Source: Basidiobolus ranarum
Lineage: Eukaryota
Assembly: GCA_040143965.1 (NCBI GenBank)
Contig: JASJQH010006912.1
Coordinates: forward strand, 1 to 41,677
DNA length: 41,677 nucleotides
Direction of reading: 5' to 3'
Shown: positions 1-12,239 of the stretch, piece after piece
Numbering within the stretch: position 1 is the stretch's first letter
Layout: every line of letters starts with the position of its first letter
The notes under the pieces: generated by a model
The model's input: the letters and a program-made list of their open reading frames with translations, nothing else
Database searches by the model: none
What the model was told of the DNA's origin: nothing
Position numbers and translations under genes: made by a program

Positions 1-7
1 AGCAAAC

Positions 8-490
8 ATGCCTCACTCATTCGGTTATCGTGCTCGTACCCGTCACTTGTTTTCCCAAAAATTCCGTGAACATGGTTCCATTAAGCTTTCGACTTACTTA
101 AAGACTTACCGTGTTGGTGATATTGTCGACATCAAGGCCAATGCTTCCGTCCAAAAGGGTATGCCTCACAAGTTCTACCACGGTAGAACTGGTATTGTCT
201 ACAACGTAACCAAGACCTCCGTTGGTGTCATCATCAACAAGCGTGTTGGTAACCGTTATATGGAGAAGCGTGTTAACATTCGTGTTGAGCACATCAGACA
301 CTCCAAATGTCGTGATGATTTCTTGCGCCGTGTCAAGGAAAATGCTCAAAAGAAAAAGGATGCCAAGGCTGCTGGTCAAACCATTCATCTTAAGCGCTTA
401 CCTGCCCAACCTCGTGGTGCTCGCCATGTCTCTATCAAGGACAACGCTCCCACCACTATCTACCCCATCGCTTACGAGACTTTAATTTAA
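8..490 (+). CDS. RPL21: 60S ribosomal protein L21 (eL21), intronless CDS
   Basis: 160-aa ORF MPHSFGYRARTRHLF...KGMPHKFYHGRTG...KRVNIRVEHIRHSKCR...YETLI matches the eL21 family; strongly biased codon usage. Confidence 0.97.
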   Translation: MPHSFGYRARTRHLFSQKFREHGSIKLSTYLKTYRVGDIVDIKANASVQKGMPHKFYHGRTGIVYNVTKTSVGVIINKRVGNRYMEKRVNIRVEHIRHSKCRDDFLRRVKENAQKKKDAKAAGQTIHLKRLPAQPRGARHVSIKDNAPTTIYPIAYETLI

Positions 491-802
491 GTTAACCTAG
501 ACTTCGGCGTACTATCTAAATAAATTTGTTCATCAATGAGTACAAGTTTTACATGCTCGTAGCAAGGAAATTTCTTTGTCATCAGTATGAGGCAGCCCCT
601 CTGTAAATATGATAAACATTTAAACAACTTTTTCATTGCTTCTATATATATATTAATATTATATACATACATACATCCGAATATTTAACCATTGCTATAA
701 GAGGTAATGTTTCTAAATCTAAGGAATTTATTACAAGGCAATATATGAATTACATAACATAGTAGAGTGAAATATCGAAGCAAATGAAATTAATCAGAGC
801 GA

Positions 803-2045
803 TTAGGATTCGAACTCGCCCTTAGCGAAAAGGGCTTCAAAAACAGCGAGTATAGTCCATTTACGATTCTCTGCTTCTTCGAAGACTAGGGAATTTTTGG
901 AATAGAATACTTCATCATCCACCTCCTCCGGTTTGCGAGGTAAGCAATGAAGGAACTTCCAATTTTCATTAGGTTTACCTTTGTTAATCATATCTATCGT
1001 AATTTGATATCCAGCAAATTCTTCAAGTCTTTGGGCTTTTTCAGATTCTTGGCCCATACTGACCCATGTGTCAGTAACGATAACATCTGCTTCACGAATA
1101 GCTTCCAGGGGAGAGGAGGTGAAGGAGAGTTTGGTGTTTGACTTTGCTGCTTCTTTTTTCGCGATTTCCAGAACATCTTCATCAGGGTGGTATTTAGAAG
1201 GTGTAGCAATAGAAAGGTGGATACCAAGCTTAGGTAATGCAACCATCATACTATGAAGGATGTTATTGGCGTCACCGACCCAAGCAACCTTGAGTCCAGG
1301 TAGGGTTTCTTCAGGATGTACAAGGTGAGCACGGTAAGAAGCATCAAGATTATCACCCTGGTCATTTGCGTATACTTCATGAAGAGTTAACAAATCAGCC
1401 AGAATCTGAGTAGGATGGTATTTATCAGTCAAAGCATTTACTACGGGGACAGTAGAATATTTTGCAAGTTCCTAAATCAAGCATGATATAAGCATATTGA
1501 ACTCGTGCCATTTATCTTCGTTACTTCCTCTTACCAAAATTTCTTCGTGAGCACCCACACGAGCCATAATTCCATTTACCATACTGGAAACAACGACAGC
1601 AGTATCTAAGAGCGATTCATTCACACCCATTTGAATATCTTGAGAACCAAGGAACATAGCATGGCCACCTTGAAATATAACTTTGGTTAATAAAAAGTAG
1701 ATGGAGGGTAAATGTTATTTTCGTTCACATACCAAGGTATGCAGTGGCAGTCTCAGAAGCAACACGAGTACGAGTAGAGCGCTTGGAGAAGATCATGGCG
1801 ACACTTTTACCATCTAAAGGCTTTGTTGAAGGTTTATCCTCGCACTTGACATTATATTTGTGTTGAGCGGCACTAATTAAAAGTCGATGTATCTGCTCTT
1901 TAGTGAGATCAGCTAAAGTTATGAGGTGATTTACTGGCTTGGCCTTGACGGGTAAATTTTGCATTTGGGAGACAGACGAGAGCACTAAAAGAATGTGTAA
2001 GTGAGTGGATACTTATTGAATGATGCGCTAAAGAAATAACATACT
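803..2045 (-). CDS. ARG3: Ornithine carbamoyltransferase, 4 exons (2045; 1984-1733; 1668-1535; 1471-803)
   Basis: Carbamoyl-phosphate motif FSKRSTRTR, HPTQILAD, WVSMG, FLHCLPR and AENR. GT-AG introns at 2044-1985, 1732-1669 and 1534-1472 keep the frame. The ATG is formed across the first intron. Confidence 0.93.
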
Positions 2046-3003
2046 TTTGAAATATAAAACTGAATGAGAAGATAATCTCCTCGTCTTTCCGGCATCTCTT
2101 TAAATAGTTTACCGGCTAACCTGTAGTCACGGTGAATCAGAATATTCACATCCTTACCTCCACTTGTATTTACAGATCCGACTAATCTCGATATGACAGA
2201 ACATGGGTCAAAGATATCACTAACGATGATGATGTAGAATTAGTCACGGCGGCCTGAAAAGTCAGTCATCGTGGAAAGATACTAAATTAAGGTACAACTT
2301 GGTATGAAATTTGTCAGCTGTTGAGGTAAAATCATCCAAAAAAGGATATCAACACGAGCGGAATTTTACACTTGACAATAAGCTGCTACCATTTTGGACT
2401 AATTAGGAAATATTAGGTGACACCTTGATTCAGGTATCGTTGCTATGGTAAGTATATCGAATTAGATACAACTTCCCAGGAATATTTCCATCTAACAGCA
2501 CCAGAATTTGGATAAATATAATCTACCAAACAGGGTAGATGCGGAAAACAAATGGAACGCGGAAAATGAAAATCATGTATACCATACATCACGCACAACA
2601 GTGACAGAATGTAATGGAAGCAGGGTAACCCCCAATTGAAAGGATATGATTCAGCATTTATATCTACACAGACAAGTACATACATTGAATTCATGGCTCG
2701 AAGCAAAGACAACCAATGTTAATAACTTAGAAAGAACAAGAGAATTATGAAGGTAACAGCTAAATAAAGTAAAGAGCAGTGAATCTAGGTTTTACATGTG
2801 GGTGACGGTGGAAAGGTGGTGATCTAGAATAAGTAAAGAGATGAACTTCAGGATAGATAACTGAAGAGATAGCCTGCCTCTCTCAAGGAAATTGTTTGTA
2901 CTTTCGCAAGAAGGTTTCATTGAATCGGTGACACTTCTTGATGATATGTTGGAAACCAGATCTGGCTAACATAAACTTTGATAGTACGAATAGTGTACAA
3001 AAC

Positions 3004-4832
3004 CTAAGATTGGGGCTGTTTTAAAGTTTGAGGATAAGTAAAGCGTTGCTCATTGGGTGCATTCTCACTTTCATATCTATCAGTGTCATAATGACCATCA
3101 GTGGTCTCGTATATGTTCTCACTTTCACTTTCAGGTGGACTTAGGTTCTCAAAGAGTAAGCCTAAGGATTCCTGATGTAGAGCATTGCTGTGATTTAGTT
3201 GTCGTTCATAGTTTTGCTCCCGGTGTTCTTGTGCAGATGGATCCAAAAAGTCATGATGCTCATTATTCCCATTGGATTCTTGAACAATGTAGTGCTCGGC
3301 ATCGGGCAACTTAATTCGTTTGTTCATAGATGGTGATATGTCACAGTGGAAGTTTGAGTTTGGCTGAGCAATTGATGGAGAAGGAAGAGAGCTTGGAGAC
3401 AAAGTGAGTGGTGAGGGAAAGCTAGCAAAAGTTCTTCCTAAAGGTGTTGTGATAGGCTTTGCTAGAGGACTTGAAATGGATCCTGTATTAGAATAAGTGT
3501 ATGCACCATAGTTGTCTTCAGTATCATCAAAACTCCTTTTCTTAAGATTCAGGTACGGTCTTCCGGACCCATCAAAGCTCTTATTAGGCTCAGCAGGTGG
3601 AACAAAATGACTAGTTGAATATTTGGAATAACTAGAGTTGATAACGGGAGAGTTATGAGACGAGTTGACTGCTTCGTTATCATCATGCACCTCAGAATGG
3701 GATGAGTTAAGTAGGTTGCTATTCATACTAGGGCTAGACCCTACTGGGGGGTGTGAGATCCCTTGAGACCCGTAAAGTCCTTGACCACCCATTAACTGAG
3801 ATACTGAAGCTCCATAAGGGATCTGTGGCTTTGAAGGAACTCCACCTGAGTGACCAAGAGAATTCATATAAGAATGATTTCCGTTAGGAGCGGACATCTG
3901 TTGTGGGCCAACATTCGGGGGACAATGTGGGTTGTACAAGAATGGTGATGGATCGTCCACAAAGAGAGGATAGAGGAGGTCGGCAATTTTGAATTGGGCA
4001 GCCAAAGCCTTTGCTCTTTGAAATGTAATCCTTGAAACATTGATCAGAAAATTAGTAATGCATACAATAAACTAAGATTTATCAAAGAATATTCTTACCA
4101 AACTCCTTTCAAATGCATAGCTCCGACTTTAACAACGACTCTGCCTTTTTCATTTTTTAGGATACCATCACGCTTTCCTCGTGACATTCCTGTAACATTT
4201 AAAAGCTTGGTTCCATTAACCATATCATTATCTAGAATACCGAGAATGTGATAATTAATATCAGAACTCTATTGAGATGATGTATAGGAGAAATTACCTT
4301 GTCGACGAGCAACGCATATTCCTTTAGCATCCACTTGGTAACAGACAGTGTTTTCATCTTCCCACAGAGTAGTAGTGAGTTTCGGGCGAGGATGACTCGG
4401 AAAACCCATTCCAGCAAGACCAAGCCAAGAATTGTTCATCCCCGTAGGGAGCATGGTGCTGGCCCAAGAGGTGGTTGGTGACCATGGACTAGTCGGGTAA
4501 GCCATACGCGGGGAATCCATGATGGACTGGTGAGGGGAGTAAAGTTGGGGGGATTGTGTTGGAGTAGCGCTGCCGTAAAATGTATCCTGAAGCGGGAGAC
4601 TCATAGACATGGTAGGAGCAAAGTTGTTTGGTGAGTTAACACCGACAAATGGATTATTGGAAGGAGTAGATTGAAAATTAGATGAATAGGGTGAGAAGTA
4701 TGGACTGGGGGCTGGGGAGTTTAGGTTGGAAATTGAATGCTCCTGCCCATTTCCGCCAGTACGCCCTCCAGCATTTGGAGATCCGGCGTTAATGAAATGT
4801 GAGGGAGAAGAGAAAGGATATGGGGAAGACAT
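3004..4832 (-). CDS. APSES-domain transcription factor of the StuA/Sok2/Phd1/Efg1 type (exons 4832-4298, 4231-4099, 4030-3004)
   Basis: Spliced sequence [81 protein letters not shown]...DLLYPLFV is the StuA-class APSES domain, flanked by S/P-rich low-complexity regions. The start at 4832 is the first in-frame ATG. Confidence 0.92.
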
Positions 4833-5244
4833 ATTAGAAGTAACAGATGTGACTAGTGCAGTCAAGTATTCTAGTAAGGCAATCTATACCGACAAACAAA
4901 ACTTGAGTTCACTTTACAATCGTAAATAGTGGAGCCAACACAAACTATTGGCAAAGAATACAAAGTATGATGGCTCGATAAAAAATGTTCGAAGAAAGTC
5001 AAGTGAAAGATAAGGTAATCCGAGTAATAGACGGATATTTAGGGCCTCTACAGGTTTTAAATAGAGAGATTCCAATTACTTAATGAGTGCTTAACCGACT
5101 TTGTCACTTTCAACAATAGGAGGAAGGATAAGGGGAGCTATTTTTCTTTCCCCTTTTTGTTGAGATCATTTTGGATCAAAACCCCTTTTAGTTGATTGAA
5201 AGGTAGGGCTAGGGTTAGGTAGACTGCTCAATACATGGATTAGG

Positions 5245-5272
5245 GAAAGCTACACGGAGAAAGCTACACGGA
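5245..5272. repeat. Perfect 14-bp tandem duplication (GAAAGCTACACGGA)x2
   Basis: Seen directly at 5245-5258 and 5259-5272. Confidence 0.9.
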
Positions 5273-6002
5273 CCAGAGAAAATCAGGTAAATTTGTTTAA
5301 TAGTATATCATGGCTTGAACTGAGAAGCGGTATCATGTACTCCCATGCCCCTTAGCATGTATGACTACGTGAATGAGTGCAAATATTACGATAAATGTAA
5401 TAAGTAGCTTTTCACGAATGCCTGAAGAGAAATCATTCGGAGCTGAAACGAAGGCGAGTAATGAGGTAACAACAATCATAATACATTCCAACCAAAGCCT
5501 GGTAAGAGCCCTCTCTCCCTTTGTCTTTTTACTGTTCATTCATCCTGCTTGAAATAAAACAGCCCATGTGGCAAAGATATTTATGCATGCGTGCATACAA
5601 TCTAGCAATTTTACGTGTGCCTGGAGAACCCCTCAATTCGTTCTGTTCGAAAAGATAAACAAATGAAACCACTCAAGGAATTACACCACTAATAGAGTTT
5701 TAGAGATGTCGATGTCGCCAATATTGCCGAGAATATCAGGCGTGTGGATTAGTTAGTAACTAGTGAAAGTTTCCCTCTCTATCGCCGGCATGTATCTACA
5801 TGATAATTATGCACGACCCAAGAATAAACGCAGGCGTCACATTTACATCCATATCCCTGCTTGGTATAGCGGGGATTTCCTTCACTGGAGCTGATCTCAA
5901 TTCGATCTTGAGCAACCATACACTCTGGTGAATTGGAGCCAATCGGCTTCACACACATCTTGTAATTGAATCCGCGATTGAAACTCAAACAATATGGATC
6001 AA

Positions 6003-6042
6003 TACTACCACTACTATTACTATTACTACGACTACTACTACT
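6003..6042. repeat. Imperfect (TAC/TAT)n microsatellite
   Basis: tactaccactactattactattactacgactactactact; explains the poly-Tyr ORF 5994..6179. Confidence 0.85.
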
Positions 6043-6309
6043 CTGCTAGCACTACGGCTACCGCCATCCTTCAATCGCCATCAGGTTTGGAGCAAAAAGA
6101 GTTTGAAACAGTTTGTGGTGGGTATCATATCGTGGCATCGTGTGTACCATATCCTGACAACTTGTCGTCTTGGAACTAAGAATTACAGAAATCCGTATAT
6201 GAATTAGTATAAATCGTGCATCTCACACCGTCATAGAACATCCTAACTTGATTGTGCTTAAGGTTTTACTTGGATTTTCTGTAAATCTTTTCTTGTTTTG
6301 CATTAAACT

Positions 6310-6386
6310 TTAGTTCTTTTTATCGGGTCATGTTCTGCATTCGTATTTAGTTCTTATCGGGTCTTGTGCATTCGTATTCAGTTCTT
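6310..6386. repeat. Degenerate tandem repeat with a 31-37 bp unit, about 2.3 copies
   Basis: ttagttctttttatcgggtcatgttctgcattcgtat / ttagttcttatcgggtcttgtgcattcgtat / tcagttctt. Confidence 0.85.
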
Positions 6387-7274
6387 CAGTCATTGGGGTA
6401 GAACAGAACCAGCTCCTCATGCATTATTGACCATACACTATTAACCATGCATTATTGCTTGAACAACAGTAATTTTATTTCGTACTCTTATCACCAACCA
6501 AAGCATGAGTGGAAAGTGGATACAAATACAGACACTGACACAGATACGGTTAGTAACACTGCTCATTCGAGTACAGATTAATCTAAGCATCATCATCTAC
6601 TAAGTAGTGTTCTGAACCTAAGTTTCGCGTCAAACTATTCTGGATCTGAGCGTGTTAATTAAAGAACTTCCTTTCATGACAATCAAGCAGGAGCTAAGGA
6701 GGATGAACTAGGGAGGATGAGCGTGATATGATTTATCATCCCCTACTGTTCACGTACGATTTTCGTTACTGCATTCACTAACAGTTCCTATTTATGTTCG
6801 CTGGTCATCCTAATTTATGCTTTTTCCTTGAAAGGCAAAAGGTTATATTTTCTTTATCTTCCGGATAATTATACTATTGGGCTTGATGGCCTTAATTACC
6901 ATCAAATATGGATTTTAAGCCCCATGATGGACATCTCCCTCGCTTGATTATTTGCTGTAGATTTTATTGCCTTTAATATGATAACCATAATCAAAATCAT
7001 TCTGATTGAAATGTTAGACTCCTTTTTCTAAGAACCCCTTTCTATTCTTGTCATATTAACTACTTACTACTTGAGCGTAAAGCTTACTATTTTCTTACTT
7101 TTGATATACTTCCTGGTAAAGCTCCACGCGACAAAAACTAGCTAAAATATAATAGTTTGTTTGATAGCACGTATTTAGCTTCTTTATTTCTGTTTTCACT
7201 AGCATACTGCAACGTGGGCTGTAACTTCAAACGCTTTCTAAATCGTTTGGCGTAAGCCGTCATAACCTTGTGAG

Positions 7275-10200
7275 ATGGCTGCTTCAACGAAAACTGCTAC
7301 TCCCACTTCTCTACCACAAAACCAGTTAAATACATCTCCTAAAACGTTATTGACAATTGCACTAAGTAGAGCCCAAGATGCCGTTCAACTTGACAGTCAG
7401 AAGAAGCTGGATGAAGCCATTATGGCTTACCAGGAGGCCGCAGACTTATTGTCACAGGTCATGGATAGAGCGGAGAATGCTAATAATCGAAAAAAGCTTC
7501 GACAGATTGTGAGTTCTCGTTTTAGCATAATTTTAATTCTCATTATCTGCACCCTAGTTTTAGAGAATTTGTTACTATCCTTTGTTGAGTTTGAACTTTT
7601 GATAATTTATCTAACATATTGATACGGGATTTTCTTTCTTTTTATAGCACCAAACTTACACGAATCGCATATTTCTTTTAAATAATTCCAAAAATTCAAT
7701 ACCAAATTCACCTGGACTTAGCTCTGCATATAACCGTAAGAGTATGGACTTTTATTTAAGGAACTTTCCATAAAACTTATTATGAGACCACTTCATTTTT
7801 TTAGAAATCACAAACATACCTCCCTCCTTTCAGGCTTTAGAAACTAGGAATGAAGAGAATCAAGCTGACAGTCAAGCTTCGCCTAATATACATAATTTAC
7901 GAAAAAAGATGTCGGCGCCATTGTTGCGGACCCCAAATAGGACTCATTTTGTCACAGAAGAAAATTCGAGATTTTCTACCTATACACAAGTCCCTGCTGG
8001 GTTTCAACTTGAACTTCCTCCCAGTGCACATGCTGCAGATGCAAAGCAAGCGCTGAATGGTTATCTTCCGGCACAGGAAAATACTCCGAAGAAGCCACCT
8101 AGTGTACCCGACTCACCACTATCTCATCTTTTACCACCTACTTCTGCTAGATTAACGGCTTTATCTAAACAATTCCCTGGCTCTAGCTCTACGCAAAATG
8201 AGGCGAGAGAAAATGGTAGAATGCGCGGAGGGTCCTTTTCGGAAAGAACTTTGCCTTCTTTAGAAAGAATGCGCGAACGTAAGGAGGCATTTGGACACCC
8301 AATTTTGAGAAAACAATTATCCAGTAGTGCTTTACAACAGGATAGTTTACGCTCTAAATTCCAACCCAAGCTTTCAGTAATTATCTCTAATTCGGAAAAT
8401 ACTTCTGCACAAAATGCGCCAACGGATTTGAAAACTCACAGATCTAGTAGATCAAGAGGCTATTCTCTATCCGAATTAAATCAAAGAGAATCCTTCCGAC
8501 AAACATTGGGTAATCTACCTCCACCCCCCTTCCCACCTCCTGGACTAAGCCCTAATGTTGTCCTTTTGTCAGAGCAAAGTAACGATTTAATTATTCCTGA
8601 TGGTAAGAGTGCATTCCCTATCTTCTTCATCATACAAATTGAGGCTAAACATCCTTTCTGGGGAATATTCAGAAAGTAACACATCTCCGAAGTCATCTAC
8701 ATGGTTAAATCAAAAGCAAGAAGCAAACAACGAATACCTGAAGTCCGATCCTTCTGGTAAGCGCCCTATCATTCTCCTCATCCTTTCATATTTTTTAATT
8801 TTGTAAATCTTTGAAATAATCACCTAGTGGGAGCTCATCGAGATAGCAAAGTTGATGTAGATTTAGATGATGATGAGCACCTTCAATACTATATTACTTC
8901 AGATAATCCTCGTTTGATGCAAAGTCTGCAAAAACCCTATCCTACTGGACAACCAATCTCCGTAAGAAATGAGAATCCCAACGAATTCGATAGCCTACTA
9001 CCTCTAAGATCCTCATCTCTGCCTAGAAAATTGGGAGCTGGACCCGTTAAAACCCATCGCCCGCTACCTCTCGATATCTCTAAAATCGATGCTGATTATG
9101 ATAAGTCAATGGATTCCTCCAAAGGACAGAAATTTCCTCCTGCCCTCAAAAGACTGGGATCTGATCAGAACCTTAATGGTGAATTCGCTCTAGAGCCACC
9201 TAGATCTGCCACATTCAAACCACCAACCCCTAAGTTCCCTCCTCCTGAAGCCATTAGGCCTTTCGATACTAAAAATGTCGCTAAAGAGACGAACAATATT
9301 GACGAGCAGTTCACAGTTGACGAGTCGGATTCTCAACTATCCCTACTATCCAGCGCTAAGGCAGTCTTCAACCGAGAACCTCCTCCTCCGCTCTCTGTCA
9401 TTACATATCGTCCTAGTGCTACTCCTCCTCCAGGAACTGCTCCTATTCTTAGAGATAGACCGGGTGCCAATGGAGGCTCTATCCAGCTAGCTAGTATGGC
9501 AGCTTTGAAGGCTGAAAATACCCAAAAAAAGGGATCATTAACCGCTGACCATTTGGCTTCGCGAACATCGATTTTGGCACCTAACTTCCGGAGGAAAATG
9601 TCACTTCCAATGGGATTAGGAGCATCTAACATGATGAGGTCAGCTGTACAGAATACCAACTCATCGTTAATGCCGAAATCACATAATGGTAGTAATATAA
9701 ATCTATCTGCGGATCCCTCTCCTACTGGATCCTATTTTACAAATCCTAATCGCCGACCACACAAAGGGCTTACGCTTTTTGACATTGTGCTTGAGGAGCC
9801 GCAAGAGGTAGGAATTCAATTAGTGATTTTTAGTACCCCCTCGAATATATAACCAACAGTTTATTTTAGGGCACCTCTTTATTCGAAGATCCCCCACAAA
9901 AACCTGAGCTGCAGCCTTTCTGGCTTATGCGGTGTTTTGAGCGCAGTATGATGAATGGCGGGTTTATTTCAGCTAGAATGTATATTCCACGCAGTCTTTG
10001 GTAAATTTCTCTTACACATATGTTTATTTGGTGAATTCCAAAAGCAACAATACACTTATTTTTACCATGATGAACCCGTAGGTATCAAAGTGGGGCGCGT
10101 CTTAGTGCCATCGAAGCTAAAATCTCAGCGTGCGAGCTAATCACTGCTACACTGTACAACATGGTTCTTTCTTTAGGCCAAATCATTCCCAATACCAACA

Positions 10201-10904
10201 CTCCATCGGTCACAAACATGAAAGAAGTGGATATTACCATGCTACTCAAGGTAAACATCAGACTCACCTAGATTTCAAATTGAATATCGATTTATTACTA
10301 ACGAACACATCATAGGAATTGGAGAGCTTTGATACTGTTTTGTATAGTGTGCAAAACAATCTAGCAAAGAAGTTGTCGTTCATTGAATCCATAAAAAAGT
10401 CACAGGTAATGGTGTTTACGAATCAACATGAATGATCCAATCATATTAATTCTGTTCAGTCTTCGTTCCTCTCTTTGGGTAACCGTATCACTAAGTCTTT
10501 GGAGAGAATGACGACGTCTCGAGATAAGATGTAAGTAGTTGGGCACACCAGGTTGCACTTACACCATCACCCACTAACTGCTTGACTTATAGCGACGATG
10601 TTTCTCTGTACATCGATGTTTTGATAAAGCTTTTCCAAACATGCCAAGTCATCGGTAATATACCTTCCGCATCATCATACTCATTGACAACATCTTCTGA
10701 AATTCTATGGCCCTCTATTTTCTAGACCGTTGGATCAGACATTTCCATCTAATGCCCCCAGGAGAACTCCAAGCTCTAGCTCTGAGCAGACTTGTTCGTG
10801 TGAGTGAATTCATGAATAACGTTATTTGCGCATTTGTAATGCGTGATCTCACAGTTCTGATGGCGAAGTATTTAAAGCGGTGCAAAGAGTGGCTTATAGA
10901 CTAA
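7275..10904 (+). CDS. Fungal MIT-domain protein (N-terminal MIT, long disordered middle, conserved helical C-terminus), about 11 exons
   Basis: N-terminus LLTIALSRAQDAVQLDSQKKLDEAIMAYQEAADLLSQVM is an MIT three-helix pattern. The C-terminal block PFWLMRCFERSMMNGGFISARMYIPRSLW...VICAFVMRDLTVLMAKYLKR resembles the uncharacterised fungal MIT family. Multiple GT-AG introns join the ORF fragments. Confidence 0.8.
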
Positions 10905-12239
10905 ATTTCAAGCGTGCAATTAGATAATTTCCGAATTGAATCTGTTGATATCTGTGACGCTTAACGTTTATTCAACAAATTATCCATTCATGTACAGCAT
11001 CCAATGTTCACTTCGGTTTAAGCCATTTTTTTGTCGTGTTGTGCTCATGTATACATCTACTCATTGGTATCATATCACTTGGACATCGCAGAATACACTT
11101 GTACTAATAATACACACTGATGTCCAGTAGTCGAAATAGATTTGTTTGTATTTTTTCATCTCAGACTGGAGCTGTGATGAGGTTATTTATTAGTTATCTT
11201 GATACACCGTAATTTTCTCTGTCCTCCTACATGGTTTATATGCCATCTAAATTCTATTATTTCTTTAACTCAACTAGTAAGAGCTCGATTGTACTTTTTT
11301 CTAAATATATGTTATTGAGCATTATAGTTTTCACGTTAGTAGTCTCTCCTAGATATCACCAAGTCTTTCAATAAAAACCCGATTCTCCATCTCCCTGGGA
11401 TTGAAAGAAGGCATTACTAACACATACGGATAGTTAAAATTATTAGAAACCTCAAAATATCGATTTTATAATTACCATGATTTCGGGGTTATCAAGAATT
11501 CGTCTATGTTTTATTTTCGTCACAATTGGCGTAGATTGGGTTTTGGTGGATAGGTTTGGTGCATCAACAGATATACAACATGCATTCTAGATGCTTGTTA
11601 GTTCTTGAGTACTTTCACGTGGTAGTGGATTGGCAACTATCATATAACATTCATATTTCGAGCATGGGCTAGACCATAACTGATAACAACCACTGTATAC
11701 GCAAATTATACGGTCTAGGTGATCAATCGAAGATCGAGAACAATGCACTACTCTAACCATGAATACAAATAAAAAGAAGTATCGCAAATGGTTTTTTAAA
11801 GTTCAATCACACACTTTCCTACAACAAGCATTAGAGTTAGCTAACCAACACGCGGATACCTGATCAGGTTCATCACGAATTATACGCTATATTGTGCATT
11901 TCGGAGAATGCATTTTTATTCACATTCCCAACAATATGGAATATATGAATCTAGAACATGTGGCTTATTATGACGAAAGAAAGTTCGAAAAATTCAAAAA
12001 AAGCTGGTACAATCCTTTCTAGATAAGGGCATCTAGATACTTGTAATTTAAGTGTGCTAATCTAGGGGCTGAAGAGACTGTCAGATAAAATTTCACCTTT
12101 CCTGGAGGTGTCTTTTCGATGAGGGGTACGAGCTTATAAAGAGAAGATGATCCGCAAAATTTAGAAATAAACTGTTGTCTTGGCTGTTTAGTGAATTGGT
12201 TTTTCTCCACATCTCGCATCTTGTACAACTTGAAAAAGT

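Noticed and set aside
2226..2257. ATGATGA...CTGA possible C/D-box snoRNA
   Set aside because: Too short, no convincing terminal stem, and no rRNA complementarity I could recognise.
2443..2712. 89-aa minus-strand ORF between ARG3 and the APSES gene
   Set aside because: Non-ATG start and no recognisable features; probably the APSES gene 3' UTR.
5203..5245. TAGGGC/TTAGGG-like telomeric hexamers
   Set aside because: Only two or three degenerate units; not an array.
5994..6179. Poly-Tyr small ORF
   Set aside because: Product of the TAC microsatellite.
10905..12239. Short ORFs and the ACCTGATCAGGT palindrome between the MIT gene and COX15
   Set aside because: No coding or structural support; within chance expectation.
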